Virus record (IMG/VR): IMGVR_UViG_3300032305_000824
Location: 1-32,176 of that record
Reading direction: 5' to 3' (one strand)
DNA length: 32,176 bases
DNA from: a virus
Taxonomy: Duplodnaviria > Caudoviricetes
The notes under the pieces were generated by a model, which made no database searches, was not told the origin of the DNA, and saw only the letters and a program-made list of their open reading frames with translations. Numbering within the stretch: position 1 is the stretch's first letter; every line of letters starts with the position of its first letter. Shown one piece after another: positions 10,386 to 20,117 of this stretch. The position numbers were made by a program, and so were the translations under genes.

Positions 10386-10416
10386 TTTATTTCTCCTGTC
10401 TATAGTACTTGTTAAT

Positions 10417-10445
10417 ATTATATAGTATTTTTAATAAATTGTCAA
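10417..10445 (-). promoter_or_regulatory. Perfect sigma70/SigA consensus promoter
   Basis: Minus strand reads TTGACA-atttattaaaaatacta (17 nt)-TATAAT, upstream of the holin-like and glycosyltransferase genes. Confidence 0.85.
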
Positions 10446-10454
10446 ACAATGTTT

Positions 10455-11483
10455 TTATGGGAATGTTATTGATCCAGTTCCACTTACAAATGTATAAACC
10501 TTATATCCTGCTGGTGTACTACTTGGATTAACAGCTGTTCCATTTCCAGCAATAGTTGAACCAACACTGTTTAAATAACTTATTCCAGATCCTATTATCA
10601 AATTTCCCCAATAATTAGGATATCTAATCATAACAATTCCTGAACCACCAGCAGCACCATTTTCGTTTCTAGCAGAACTACCGCCACCGCCACCACCACC
10701 AGTGTTTGCAGTACCAACTGTTGGTGCTGCAGCGTTATATCCACTAGTTCCTCCACCATAAAAAACACTTGTTCCAGATGGTGGGGTATATCCACCAGGA
10801 GGGTTTACTGTATCAAATACGTTGTTTGCACCACCACCAGCACCACCAAGAGCATCGGGAGCACCGCCACAACCGCCACCAGAAAGTGGACGAGCTGATC
10901 CAGTTATTAATGTTGTACGACCAAAACCACCTTTTGTGTAACTAGAAACTCCAGAATACTGAGGAAAAGTTCCATTGCCACCACCAGATCCAGCACCGCC
11001 ACCACCGCCACCATAGGCGTTACCAGCTTGATTTCCATCCCATCCCTGACCAGCAGTTCCAGCACCACCAGCAGCACCAGTATTAGATCCTGCTCCACCG
11101 CCAGCACCACCAGCACCACCAACTTGTGGAGAGCCACCACCTCTGCCTCCTCCAGCAGAGGTTATTGATGAAAAAATAGAATTTACACCAACTGTGTTGT
11201 TAGGACCTCCTGCACCAACAGTAAGTGGTACTACTAGTCCTGGATTTATAGAAATAACTGACTCTGCTGAAAGATTGCTATTATAGGCTTCTCTACCAGA
11301 GCCTTCTCCTATAACACTTGATCTATAGCCTCCAGCACCGCCACCACCGCCAGGAGAACCGCCACTAGAAATACCACCGCCACCACCGCCAGCAACTACA
11401 ACATATTCTACTCTTATTTTATTTAATCCTTGGAATCCAAAGCCTCTTGAAGATGCTGATCCTCTAGTTGTTAATAGTGGCAT
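10455..11483 (-). CDS. Glycine-rich (polyglycine-II sandwich type) virion/adhesin protein
   Basis: EYVVVAGGGGGG, GGGGAGGYR, ANTGGGGGG, GGSGIVMIRY, YKVYTF motifs. Confidence 0.8.
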   Translation of the reverse strand: MPLLTTRGSASSRGFGFQGLNKIRVEYVVVAGGGGGGISSGGSPGGGGGAGGYRSSVIGEGSGREAYNSNLSAESVISINPGLVVPLTVGAGGPNNTVGVNSIFSSITSAGGGRGGGSPQVGGAGGAGGGAGSNTGAAGGAGTAGQGWDGNQAGNAYGGGGGGAGSGGGNGTFPQYSGVSSYTKGGFGRTTLITGSARPLSGGGCGGAPDALGGAGGGANNVFDTVNPPGGYTPPSGTSVFYGGGTSGYNAAAPTVGTANTGGGGGGGSSARNENGAAGGSGIVMIRYPNYWGNLIIGSGISYLNSVGSTIAGNGTAVNPSSTPAGYKVYTFVSGTGSITFP

Positions 11484-11494
11484 TTAATAATCTC

Positions 11495-12241
11495 CTATGC
11501 AAACTTTGTTTGTGATGCTAAGACAGTATATGCAGGGGAATTACTTGTTTTAACAATTGTATATGAATATATATCAATAGAATTAATATTTCCGCTAGTT
11601 GGGGCTGCTCCATTTTGCCACTTTGGAGTTACAGGAGTTCCATCAATTAAAAGTCCAGTTTGATAAAAAGCGGATGCTCCATTTGTTACTAAAAATGCTA
11701 TTGTTATAGATTGATCTTTTGGAAGAATGCTATTTAAAGTAGTTGATCCATCTCCACGAAAATTTATTGAAAAATTTGCAGAAGCATTTGATGTGTGAAA
11801 TAAAATTGAATGATTTGTTAAAATATTATAGTTTATACTTCCAGATGTGGCTGTTGCAGCAACTGTAACAGCTTCTTGCATTTCTTGTATTGATGAAGTA
11901 CCAGTAAAAAGTGGGGAATTTAAAGTTTTATTAGTTAATGTTTGAGTTGTTCCAGTTCCAACAACTGAATTTCCTGCACCAATTCCGTGAACATTAGAGC
12001 TTGCAGCCTCGTGAGCAGTAATAAGATCATCACTTGCAGTAATTCTTGTGTCAAAATCTACAATATTTGCATAGAGACTATTTACAGCATCATATGTATT
12101 TCCAACTGTAGAATTTCCATAATAAAATAATTCAAGGGCATCTTGAATATTTGCATTATCTGTTAGTTGTGGAACGTATGTATCAAAAGTATTATTACTA
12201 AAACCTTTTGTAATACTAATTTTTTCTGCCACGTTATGCAC
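11495..12241 (-). CDS. Tail-fibre-like protein with C-terminal beta-sandwich (probable fused adaptor/connector)
   Basis: Fibre motif 'QTLTNKTL'; C-terminal 'KWQNGAAPTSGN..SIDIYSYTIVKT...VLASQTKFA'; immediately upstream of a Gly-rich gene. Confidence 0.65.
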   Translation of the reverse strand: MHNVAEKISITKGFSNNTFDTYVPQLTDNANIQDALELFYYGNSTVGNTYDAVNSLYANIVDFDTRITASDDLITAHEAASSNVHGIGAGNSVVGTGTTQTLTNKTLNSPLFTGTSSIQEMQEAVTVAATATSGSINYNILTNHSILFHTSNASANFSINFRGDGSTTLNSILPKDQSITIAFLVTNGASAFYQTGLLIDGTPVTPKWQNGAAPTSGNINSIDIYSYTIVKTSNSPAYTVLASQTKFA

Positions 12242-12830
12242 CTACTCCAGCAGTTATATAGAAGTTTACGGGAACTGCAGATGATGAAATTAAAGATGTA
12301 GATCCAGAAGAAAATTGTGCACCTTTTAATTCTGCAATAAAAGTTTTAACAGCAGGAGATCCAACATTTAAAATATCTTTATTTGAAACAGATACAAAAG
12401 CTGGATTATTTAATTCTGTTGTTGCTTGAATAAGAATTGTATCTGGATCTAAATTTTCTGGTGCAGTAGAATAAAAATCTGCTAAAGGTATTGAAATAGA
12501 TCCAGTACCAGATGTAAAGTTAACTAATTTTTGAATGCTATGAGATATTGGTTGAAAATTTAATATAGATTGCCATAAAGTTCCGCCAGGAGTTGCATTT
12601 AATTTATATACTACCCCATAATTTCCACCAAGAAGTCTATTTATATAAAGATCATTTACTTTTGCATCTACAAGACTTGCTACATTTGCTGCTGCTGTAG
12701 GTAGACCAACGCCAGAATAAAACTGGGATCCTCTTTCTCCTTGTGGACCAATGTCAACACTTACAGATACTGAAGCAGGTGGTCCAACTACAACCAATTC
12801 ATCATTAGATATAATTGTGTCTATTGCCAC
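12234..12830 (-). CDS. Virion protein with short collagen-like GPQGERG motif
   Basis: 198 aa; VDIGPQGERGS...G.G.P...DLYIN; architecture parallels 17797..18270. Confidence 0.65.
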   Translation of the reverse strand: MAIDTIISNDELVVVGPPASVSVSVDIGPQGERGSQFYSGVGLPTAAANVASLVDAKVNDLYINRLLGGNYGVVYKLNATPGGTLWQSILNFQPISHSIQKLVNFTSGTGSISIPLADFYSTAPENLDPDTILIQATTELNNPAFVSVSNKDILNVGSPAVKTFIAELKGAQFSSGSTSLISSSAVPVNFYITAGVGA

Positions 12831-12831
12831 G

Positions 12832-13212
12832 TTACGTTACCGCCACGTCTTGTGTAACACTTATTGTTCCAGTTAAAAGTGTAAATATTTTTCCATAAGA
12901 AGATGATGCAATATTGGTATTCTGAATTTGAACATCATACAAGTATGTTGGATTTGTTAATTGCCTTCCACCAGCTGGAAGAATCCTACAGGAAACGTGG
13001 TCTCCATCTTGAACAGTTGCAGACGCACTATTTATATTAAGAGAACTTATAACAGATGCAGATGCAGATCCTCTAGCTGTTGCAACTACAAATAGTGGGG
13101 TATAGCTAGTAAGGTCATCGAAGACTCCACCAGTTGAATTTTTAGGGTATACAAAAAACTCAAAAGTATCACCTGCATAGTAGTTAAAGTTATATGTTCC
13201 TGGAAATGCCAT
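12832..13212 (-). CDS. Small Ig-like/BppU-like virion protein
   Basis: 126 aa; YNF..YAGDTF...YLYDVQI...LLTGTISVTQDV; paralogous to 18270..18623. Confidence 0.65.
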   Translation of the reverse strand: MAFPGTYNFNYYAGDTFEFFVYPKNSTGGVFDDLTSYTPLFVVATARGSASASVISSLNINSASATVQDGDHVSCRILPAGGRQLTNPTYLYDVQIQNTNIASSSYGKIFTLLTGTISVTQDVAVT

Positions 13213-13231
13213 TGTTAATCACCTAAGATTA

Positions 13232-13627
13232 TTATACCACGGGCGGATGAGGATCTGAATCAACTGGTTCTTCAAAAATTACTTCTTCCCAGTTTAAAAT
13301 ATCTTCATTCCAAGTATAGAATGAGCCCTCTGGGACATCGCTTGGATAAGGAACTGGAGGTTGCCATTGACAAATTTCTTCATCTAATAGCCAGGAATTA
13401 AATGTTTTTGGTGGAATAAAAGCATCAAGATCTAAATCATATGAATACCCAATACCAGCATAATTCTTTCTAATATTTCCATTATAGGAGGTACGAATAC
13501 AGGTTTGATTTCTAAAATTACCATACCAGATTTCTGGGGATAATCCTTCAATTAATTCTGTTTCATCAATACCAACAATAACTTCAGTTACAATGTTGTT
13601 TTCATCTAAAAATGCATAATGTGCCAT
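13232..13627 (-). CDS. Conserved phage protein that accompanies Gly-rich fibre genes (assembly/chaperone-like)
   Basis: MAHYAFLDENNIVTEVIVG...TSYNGNIRKNYAGIGY.YD..LDAFIPPK..SW.LDE..C.W.PP.PYP pattern, recognised from aquatic phage fibre loci; function is inferred. Confidence 0.7.
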   Translation of the reverse strand: MAHYAFLDENNIVTEVIVGIDETELIEGLSPEIWYGNFRNQTCIRTSYNGNIRKNYAGIGYSYDLDLDAFIPPKTFNSWLLDEEICQWQPPVPYPSDVPEGSFYTWNEDILNWEEVIFEEPVDSDPHPPVV

Positions 13628-13673
13628 AAATATATTATATCAGATATATTTTGTAATGTCTAAAAGTTTGCTA

Positions 13674-14591
13674 TTATGCAAAACTTATATTGCCTGTTCC
13701 TGCTGTAAATGATGTTACTTTAAAACCACCTGATGGTGCTGGAGTTGCACCAGTAAGACCAGCCCCAATAGTTATTGTAAGATTATCTGGATATTTTAAG
13801 ATTACAATTCCAGAACCTCCTAAAGAAGGAGTTCCGTTATTGTTACCATTACCGCCACCACCGCTGCCTGTATTTATTGTTCCATTACCGCCAGTACCAT
13901 TACCATTACCGCCACCACCAATACTAGAACCACCGCCACCGCCAAAACCTTGATATGAGCCACCACCGCCACCGCCAGCACGGGTAATTCTTGTGCCAGT
14001 TATGTTTGAAGAAACTCCAGCACCTCCAGTACCACCACTACCATATGCACCACCACTACCGCCACCACCAACAGCACTTGCACCGCCACCACCGCCAGCA
14101 GCACTACCATTTTCAGTCAAACCATTTGTGCCACCAGCAAAACCTTGGCTTCCTGTTCCAGCACCACCCGCTGGGCTTGGAGCACTTCCATTACCACCGC
14201 TACCACCACCAGAACCACCAGCACTACCTGCACCGTTAGAACCACCACGACCACCACCAATTGATGTGATAGATGAAAAAACAGAATTGTTACCATTACT
14301 ATTAGAGCCGCCAGCACCCACTGTTACCGTATAAGGAGTTAAAGTACTCATTGCAAATCCTGATTCAGCCGCATTGCCACCACCAGAGATTTGACCTACA
14401 ACATTTGTGCGATATCCTCCTGCACCACCGCCACCGCCTTGATAAAGACCTCCACCGCCACCGCCAGCAATTACAAGATATTCAATGTTAGTTGTTCCAA
14501 TACGAGATGGATTAGCAATATTTCCAGTACCTTGACCAAACCAACTACTTACCTGAGTTGATGAAAGAGTACGGTGTAAAGGATTAGCCAC
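13674..14591 (-). CDS. Glycine-rich domain protein (cassette 5 effector)
   Basis: EYLVIAGGGGGG...GGSGIVILKYP...FKVTSFTAGTG; GTG start overlaps the upstream stop (TAGTG). Confidence 0.8.
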   Translation of the reverse strand: MANPLHRTLSSTQVSSWFGQGTGNIANPSRIGTTNIEYLVIAGGGGGGLYQGGGGGAGGYRTNVVGQISGGGNAAESGFAMSTLTPYTVTVGAGGSNSNGNNSVFSSITSIGGGRGGSNGAGSAGGSGGGSGGNGSAPSPAGGAGTGSQGFAGGTNGLTENGSAAGGGGGASAVGGGGSGGAYGSGGTGGAGVSSNITGTRITRAGGGGGGSYQGFGGGGGSSIGGGGNGNGTGGNGTINTGSGGGGNGNNNGTPSLGGSGIVILKYPDNLTITIGAGLTGATPAPSGGFKVTSFTAGTGNISFA

Positions 14592-14953
14592 TAGGTAATC
14601 CTGTTTACATAACCTGAAATCGTAACTACATTAGCAAGGCTTGCATATGCATAAACTGTATTTGCAGCACTACCAGTACCAGTTAAAATTAAACCAGGAG
14701 TAATCAAAGTTAGACCAGATGTAGCAGGAATAGATAATTTAATATCATTATCTGGTGATGTAGTACCACCAAATTGAATTGTTAATGTTGATGAAGATGA
14801 TGCAGAATTATATGCATATAACCAAATTTCATCTTCTATTGTTGATGAAACTCCAGTTGCGTGAATAGTTGTGCCAGGGGATGATGTAGCAGCAACTTTA
14901 ACTGCTTTTCCTTGTGTTGAACCTGATAGAAGTACTTTAGAATAAGTTGCCAT
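14591..14953 (-). CDS. 120-aa beta-sandwich connector (cassette 5)
   Basis: MATYSKVLLSGST...DEIWLYAYN...GYVNRIT; translationally coupled to the Gly-rich gene; leaderless TATAAT-6nt-ATG. Confidence 0.75.
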   Translation of the reverse strand: MATYSKVLLSGSTQGKAVKVAATSSPGTTIHATGVSSTIEDEIWLYAYNSASSSSTLTIQFGGTTSPDNDIKLSIPATSGLTLITPGLILTGTGSAANTVYAYASLANVVTISGYVNRIT

Positions 14954-14967
14954 AATTATATTATACC

Positions 14968-16632
14968 TTATCCGAAAATTTGCCCTGGCAAAATAAATTG
15001 ATCAGATTCTCCATTTATATTATTTAAAGCTTCAGTTGTTGCATACGTTGTAGATGCTGAAGATTGTGTAAGATACAAGGAAAGATCTAAAGTTCCCCAA
15101 CTTGCTACGGACCCAGAGGTTGTTAAATACTTTCCAGCATTGCCAGACTGAGATGGTAGTGCATCAATATTATCTAAGTCTACCTGTGTTGCATAAATTG
15201 TAGAAGCAGAGGATTTTGTAAGATAAATTGTTGAAGCAGAAGCTTGTGTAAGATAAGGATTTAAATTTACATTTAATAAAATTTTATTATTTGCATCATC
15301 ATAAGTAGCTGTAATACCTGTATGAGTATTATGTGTAAATAATGTAGATGCATAATCTTGTACTTGATCTCCAGTTAAACTATCAACAATTCCATTTACT
15401 TCTACCCAATAACTACCGTCATAAATAAAGAATGATCCAGTTGATTGCTTATACCAAGTATCTCCAAGAGATGGTGTTGCTGGAGCAGTTTCAGAAACTG
15501 TAGTTGTAGCACCGCCACCGCCAGATACTAATTGATTTACCCACGCTGAAGATGCTGAGTTCCAAACTATTGACTGCCCATTTGCTAATGAATTTATACT
15601 AACATTTGAAAGACTATTTAAAGTATGATTATGAGAAGTTAAAGAATATGTAGAAGATGCACTAGAAATTGTTAAATAATTTGAAAGGTCTGATGCTGTA
15701 GCAAGACCTGATTCTGCTGGAGTTTGATTTTTCCAAAGACCACTTGCAGTATCATATGCAAGGACTTCATTGTCTGCAATACTGCCATTTAGTTCTAATA
15801 AAACATCGTGAATTTCTCTTAATTCAAAACCATTTTGTACTTTTACAAAAATTTCACCATTGTTTGAATTTACTCTAGTTACAATACCAATAAATACTAA
15901 ATGTGCTGGAGCAAATGGTTTGTTTACAAGACCATAAATTAAATTACCATCTGTTCCAAGCCATACTGGATCTCCTGCAGTTGCTGTAGATGTATCAAGA
16001 CCTGCCAACAGACCCTCTGTTACAACTTTAACTACTGCATTATTTGATCCACCAGTTTCTAAAAGACCTAAAGTTTTACTAGAGGCTGCTTCAGTTGCAT
16101 TTGACGCTTTTGAAACAATTATGTTTGTTCCAGCTGCAGAACTTACATATACTGCCTGACCTTTTGCAATAGAGCCATTTAATTTAACATCATGTTTTAA
16201 TACTGATGTAAATCCAGCAGTTGGAGCACTAGTTACATCAATATGCAATTGATTTAAACCATCATCATAATGTACAGAAGCGTTTACATGATTATTATGT
16301 GTAAATAAAGGAGCAACATAATCTTGAACTTGTTCTTGAGTTAATGAAATTACACCATTTACTTCTACCCAATAAGTTCCATCATAAATATAAAATTCAC
16401 CAGTATCATTTTTATACCAAGAATCCCCAGTTTCTGGAGACGCTGGCTCTGTTGTACTAACAGTGGTTCCACCACCGCCACCACCACCTGCACCAAGGAC
16501 TGACCAAGCTCCTGCTTGGTAAATCTTTGCAACGGATGCTGAAGAATTAAAGTATAGTTCTCCATCGGATCCACTTATAGGATCTGAAGGTAGATTAACT
16601 ATCTTTAAAGTACTTAAAAATTTCTTTGCCAT
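14968..16632 (-). CDS. Tail-fibre/adaptor protein (cassette 5)
   Basis: Two P..GD.WY..TG.F.IYDG.YWVEVNG repeats, YLTxSSAS repeats, C-terminal tag DQFILPGQIFG. Confidence 0.75.
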   Translation of the reverse strand: MAKKFLSTLKIVNLPSDPISGSDGELYFNSSASVAKIYQAGAWSVLGAGGGGGGGTTVSTTEPASPETGDSWYKNDTGEFYIYDGTYWVEVNGVISLTQEQVQDYVAPLFTHNNHVNASVHYDDGLNQLHIDVTSAPTAGFTSVLKHDVKLNGSIAKGQAVYVSSAAGTNIIVSKASNATEAASSKTLGLLETGGSNNAVVKVVTEGLLAGLDTSTATAGDPVWLGTDGNLIYGLVNKPFAPAHLVFIGIVTRVNSNNGEIFVKVQNGFELREIHDVLLELNGSIADNEVLAYDTASGLWKNQTPAESGLATASDLSNYLTISSASSTYSLTSHNHTLNSLSNVSINSLANGQSIVWNSASSAWVNQLVSGGGGATTTVSETAPATPSLGDTWYKQSTGSFFIYDGSYWVEVNGIVDSLTGDQVQDYASTLFTHNTHTGITATYDDANNKILLNVNLNPYLTQASASTIYLTKSSASTIYATQVDLDNIDALPSQSGNAGKYLTTSGSVASWGTLDLSLYLTQSSASTTYATTEALNNINGESDQFILPGQIFG

Positions 16633-16652
16633 TTTTTCCTTCTAAAAATGAA

Positions 16653-16674
16653 GGGCTGGGGTTTATTCCAGCCC
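16653..16674 (-). terminator. GC-rich hairpin (intrinsic terminator or 5' stabilising stem)
   Basis: Minus strand GGGCTGG-AATAAACC-CCAGCCC followed by TTCATTTTT, in the 16633-16692 intergenic gap. Confidence 0.55.
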
Positions 16675-16692
16675 CCCACATTATATTATACT

Positions 16693-17778
16693 TTACCCAA
16701 TTACTACAACACGATAAGTGTCAGCAGCGATTGTTGTTGCACTATTGATTTTAATAGTTATAGCAGATGTTGATGTATGTTGTACATCTACTTCTACCTG
16801 ATTATAATCAGCAGCAACTTCATATACTTGAACTGTTACATCCTTGGTTGCAAGGTTGTGTGTTACAGTCCAGGTACATACTCCACTAGTTGATGTTAGC
16901 GATGTGTTATTAACTGCATATTTCTTTGGGAATCCATCAGTTATTAACTTTGATTCTACAGAAGAAATATCAACAGCAAGACCGCTACCAGTTGTTAAAT
17001 AACTTGTTGAAGCTGTAATAATACCAGCAGTTAATGTTCCAACACTTGCAGAATTATCTGAATATGTGAAATCAATTGTTGAAGAATCTGTTAGCATTGT
17101 GCCAACTGTATCTTCAACAAACTCCTGTAATCCAGTTATATTAGCTGTTGTATGTGTATGACCTTCAAGAGAGATAGCAGTTTCACTACCAAGCAATCCA
17201 GCTGACCACTTATCTGAGGATTCGTTCCAAATTAAAGAAGAATTTGTAGAATCTCCACGCTCAACTTCAATACCTGCATTTACTGCAGGTACTCCAGTTA
17301 CATTGCTATTAAGAGTAATTTGATTATCCTCAATTAGCAAAGTTTCTGTATTTAAAGTTGTTACAGTACCACTTACAGTTAGATTACCATTTACACCAAG
17401 ATTTCCTGCTATTGTTACATCGTCTGGAAGACCAATAGTAATTGATCCAGCAGATCCTGAAACATTTACTTCGTTTGCTGTACCAGCAAGACTAATTACA
17501 CCAGTATTTGTAATTGTAAGAGAATTGCCAGCATCATTATAGTTTAATGAAATTCCAGTTCCACTATCAAGTAGATCATTTACTGCATCTCCAATAAATT
17601 CAGTAGACCCAACGGCTTCCCAAGCTGATCCAGTATATACTTTTAACGTGTTGCTAACAGTATTAAAGTAAACTTGACCAGCAATTCCAGTACCTGGATC
17701 TGTAGCCAAATTATGAATAACACCATTACGCAATTCATTACTATTTAAATCAATATTTGTTAAAAATTTTCTAGACAT
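16693..17778 (-). CDS. Tail-fibre-like structural protein
   Basis: GQVYFNT..LKVY..SAW, 'GNLTVSGTVTTLNTE.L.IEDN.I.LN', 'AGIEVERG', C-terminal 'VTHNL.TKDV.VQVY' motifs of phage fibres. Confidence 0.75.
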   Translation of the reverse strand: MSRKFLTNIDLNSNELRNGVIHNLATDPGTGIAGQVYFNTVSNTLKVYTGSAWEAVGSTEFIGDAVNDLLDSGTGISLNYNDAGNSLTITNTGVISLAGTANEVNVSGSAGSITIGLPDDVTIAGNLGVNGNLTVSGTVTTLNTETLLIEDNQITLNSNVTGVPAVNAGIEVERGDSTNSSLIWNESSDKWSAGLLGSETAISLEGHTHTTANITGLQEFVEDTVGTMLTDSSTIDFTYSDNSASVGTLTAGIITASTSYLTTGSGLAVDISSVESKLITDGFPKKYAVNNTSLTSTSGVCTWTVTHNLATKDVTVQVYEVAADYNQVEVDVQHTSTSAITIKINSATTIAADTYRVVVIG

Positions 17779-17796
17779 ATATTTTCACCCCCTTCA

Positions 17797-18270
17797 TTAC
17801 GATAAATACGCCCTTCCCGAAAATGATCCGATAAAGGTTAAAACTACAGTATTTGAATTTGGATAGTTGTATGACCCCTCAACAACTGTTCCTGCTGTAT
17901 CAACTACTGTAATATTAGGAACAAATCCCAATCCGTGTGTTATGTTCCAAGTTGCAGAAGCATTTTCTTGAATATGTACATACCCAAGCTCTTGGCTTCC
18001 AACTAAATCTACTGGAGTTCCCCATCCTGAATCTGTTTTTGGACCATATAAATTCATATTTGAGGTATTTAAATAAAAATCTCCATTTACGCCAAGACCT
18101 GCTGAAGGTGCTCCAGCACCATTTAAAATACCAGTTCCTCTTGCACCTTGAGGACCAGAAGTTCCTAAATCTACATTTACTATTTGTTCTGTTAGATTAA
18201 CATCTACATTTGTTTCATTTACAGAAACATTATTATTTATTTGACTAAGTTCTATTTTAACTTCAGGCAT
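17797..18270 (-). CDS. Virion protein with collagen-like GPQGARG motif and C-terminal 'W.I.HGLG' domain
   Basis: 157 aa; GAPSAGLGVNGDFYLNT..LYGPKT..GWG; coupled (TAATG) to the upstream gene. Confidence 0.7.
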   Translation of the reverse strand: MPEVKIELSQINNNVSVNETNVDVNLTEQIVNVDLGTSGPQGARGTGILNGAGAPSAGLGVNGDFYLNTSNMNLYGPKTDSGWGTPVDLVGSQELGYVHIQENASATWNITHGLGFVPNITVVDTAGTVVEGSYNYPNSNTVVLTFIGSFSGRAYLS

Positions 18271-18623
18271 TATCTAGTTACCTCTGGAGTTACATTAAAT
18301 GTACCTTCGATCAATCTATCAACAATGTTAGATGGACTTACTATCTCTAGGTCATAGACATGTGTTCCAGTAGGGAAGGCAGATGTAGCACTTGCTGAAA
18401 TTAATATATCAATTGTTCCAGCAGATCCACCCAAAGTAATTCCACTACCAGAAACTAGTGAAACCAATGGATTATCAGAATAATATGCTTGCCTTACTTG
18501 AAGTCTTGAGGAATACCCAGATAGATTTACTGGAACTTCATCCAGGGTATATGTTAAAGTCCTTCTAAACGTGCTTCCTTGTGGACAAACAAAGTTTACG
18601 AGCCCTGGGGTCATATTGGGCAC
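18270..18623 (-). CDS. Small Ig-like/BppU-like virion protein
   Basis: 117 aa; QGSTF...VNLSGY...VYDLEI...RLIEGTFNVTPEVTR. Confidence 0.7.
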   Translation of the reverse strand: MPNMTPGLVNFVCPQGSTFRRTLTYTLDEVPVNLSGYSSRLQVRQAYYSDNPLVSLVSGSGITLGGSAGTIDILISASATSAFPTGTHVYDLEIVSPSNIVDRLIEGTFNVTPEVTR

Positions 18624-18664
18624 TCCTATTTAAATTTTCTTACTTTCTTATTATACCAAACTAT

Positions 18665-18979
18665 TTATTTCTTATCTGCAATATATGCTACTAAAACATC
18701 GTGAATTATTCTTAATTCCCCGCTTAATTGCTTAACGTCTGATTTAATTTCATTTTGATTATCTCCTAGACAATTTACCTTGTCTGCCATACTTGATCCG
18801 CCATTTGGAAATATTTGATGTTCTACACGGTCAAGGCGATCTGCTATGGTTCTACCCTTTTGATCTTTACCAAGAATTCTTTCAAATTTTCTTACTGTTG
18901 CATATCCAACGCCTAAGATGGCGGTAAGGGATAAGAACATTTGCCAGTTTTCAACAAACATAGATATTGAATTATTCAC
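18665..18979 (-). CDS. Single-pass membrane protein with coiled coil (actinophage-type NGGSS motif)
   Basis: N-terminal hydrophobic helix, 'IFPNGGSSMADKV', heptad-like C-terminus; GTG start with GGAG upstream. Confidence 0.65.
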   Translation of the reverse strand: MNNSISMFVENWQMFLSLTAILGVGYATVRKFERILGKDQKGRTIADRLDRVEHQIFPNGGSSMADKVNCLGDNQNEIKSDVKQLSGELRIIHDVLVAYIADKK

Positions 18980-19049
18980 GATATTATGATATACTCCAAG
19001 GTAAGACTTAATAGCAATTATAACATATATATAACATAGGAGTTAATAA

Positions 19050-19262
19050 ATGACCAAAACAAAAGAAAAAGTATTAAAAATTTCAGATCGTTGTGATAGA
19101 TGTGGTGCTCAAGCTTTTGTACTTGCTACTGGAGTTTCGGGGGAATTATTATTTTGCGGTCATCATTATAATAAATATGAATATGCAATTACTCAATGGG
19201 CTTATAAGATTGTTAATGAATTAGATACTATTAATGAAAAAAGTGCAAGTAGTAATATTTAG
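19050..19262 (+). CDS. Small Cys/His Zn-binding protein of an actinobacterial/actinophage family (DUF7455-like)
   Basis: DRCDRCGAQA...LLFCGHH; AGGAG SD; the only plus-strand gene inside the fibre block. Confidence 0.75.
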   Translation: MTKTKEKVLKISDRCDRCGAQAFVLATGVSGELLFCGHHYNKYEYAITQWAYKIVNELDTINEKSASSNI

Positions 19263-19265
19263 GTA

Positions 19266-20117
19266 TTAAGATATTCTATATCTTAAAATTACTATTCCAC
19301 TACCGCCACTGCCACCAGCAGCTCCACCATTTTGTCCTGATCCAGCACCACCACCACCTGTGTTTGCTGTTCCACTTGATGCTGGTACTGCTGCACTACC
19401 ACCTTGACCATTTGCACCACCACCAGCACCGCCAGGAGCACTAGTACTAATAGCACCACCACCACCACCACCAGCATAATAAGTTGCTACACCAGTTATT
19501 GAAGATAAAAATCCAATACCTCCAGAACCTCCAGTGTTTGATGCAGATGATGTTCCAGTATTACCGCCACCACCGCCACCGCTACCAGCATAATTTGGTA
19601 AAGTACTACTTGGTCCTCCAGCAAATCCTTGTCCAGCTGTACCACTGCCAGCAGCATATGCAGTCGAACCATTTGATCCTCCAGCACCACCTCCAGATCC
19701 ACCAAGTCTTCCTACTTTTTGTAGACCTCCGCCACCGCCACCGCCAGTTGCAGTAAATCCAAAACAAGAAGAAGAATTTCCATCTGCACCAGTAACAGCA
19801 CCTGTAGCTCCTACACCACCTGCACCAATTGTAATAGAGTTAGAATAAGCTCCAGGAAGTAAAACACTTCCAGAAAGAACTCCGCCTCCGCCTCCGCCTC
19901 CGCCTTGATCTGATCCTCCAGCACCACCTCCTGCAACAATCAAATATTCAACATTTGCTGATCCTGATATAGTAGAAAATGTTCCTGCAGATGTAAAAAT
20001 ATGACATTTATATGATATTCCGTCTTGAACATATTCTGTAATAGAGTTTCCACCAACTGCAATAAAACTATTAAAGTTAAAATTTGAACTTATTGAACTT
20101 AATGAACTAATTGCCAT
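19266..20117 (-). CDS. Glycine-rich domain protein (cassette 4 effector)
   Basis: YKCHIFTSAGTF...VEYLIVAGGG...GGSGIVILRYRIS. Confidence 0.8.
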   Translation of the reverse strand: MAISSLSSISSNFNFNSFIAVGGNSITEYVQDGISYKCHIFTSAGTFSTISGSANVEYLIVAGGGAGGSDQGGGGGGGGVLSGSVLLPGAYSNSITIGAGGVGATGAVTGADGNSSSCFGFTATGGGGGGGLQKVGRLGGSGGGAGGSNGSTAYAAGSGTAGQGFAGGPSSTLPNYAGSGGGGGGNTGTSSASNTGGSGGIGFLSSITGVATYYAGGGGGGAISTSAPGGAGGGANGQGGSAAVPASSGTANTGGGGAGSGQNGGAAGGSGGSGIVILRYRIS

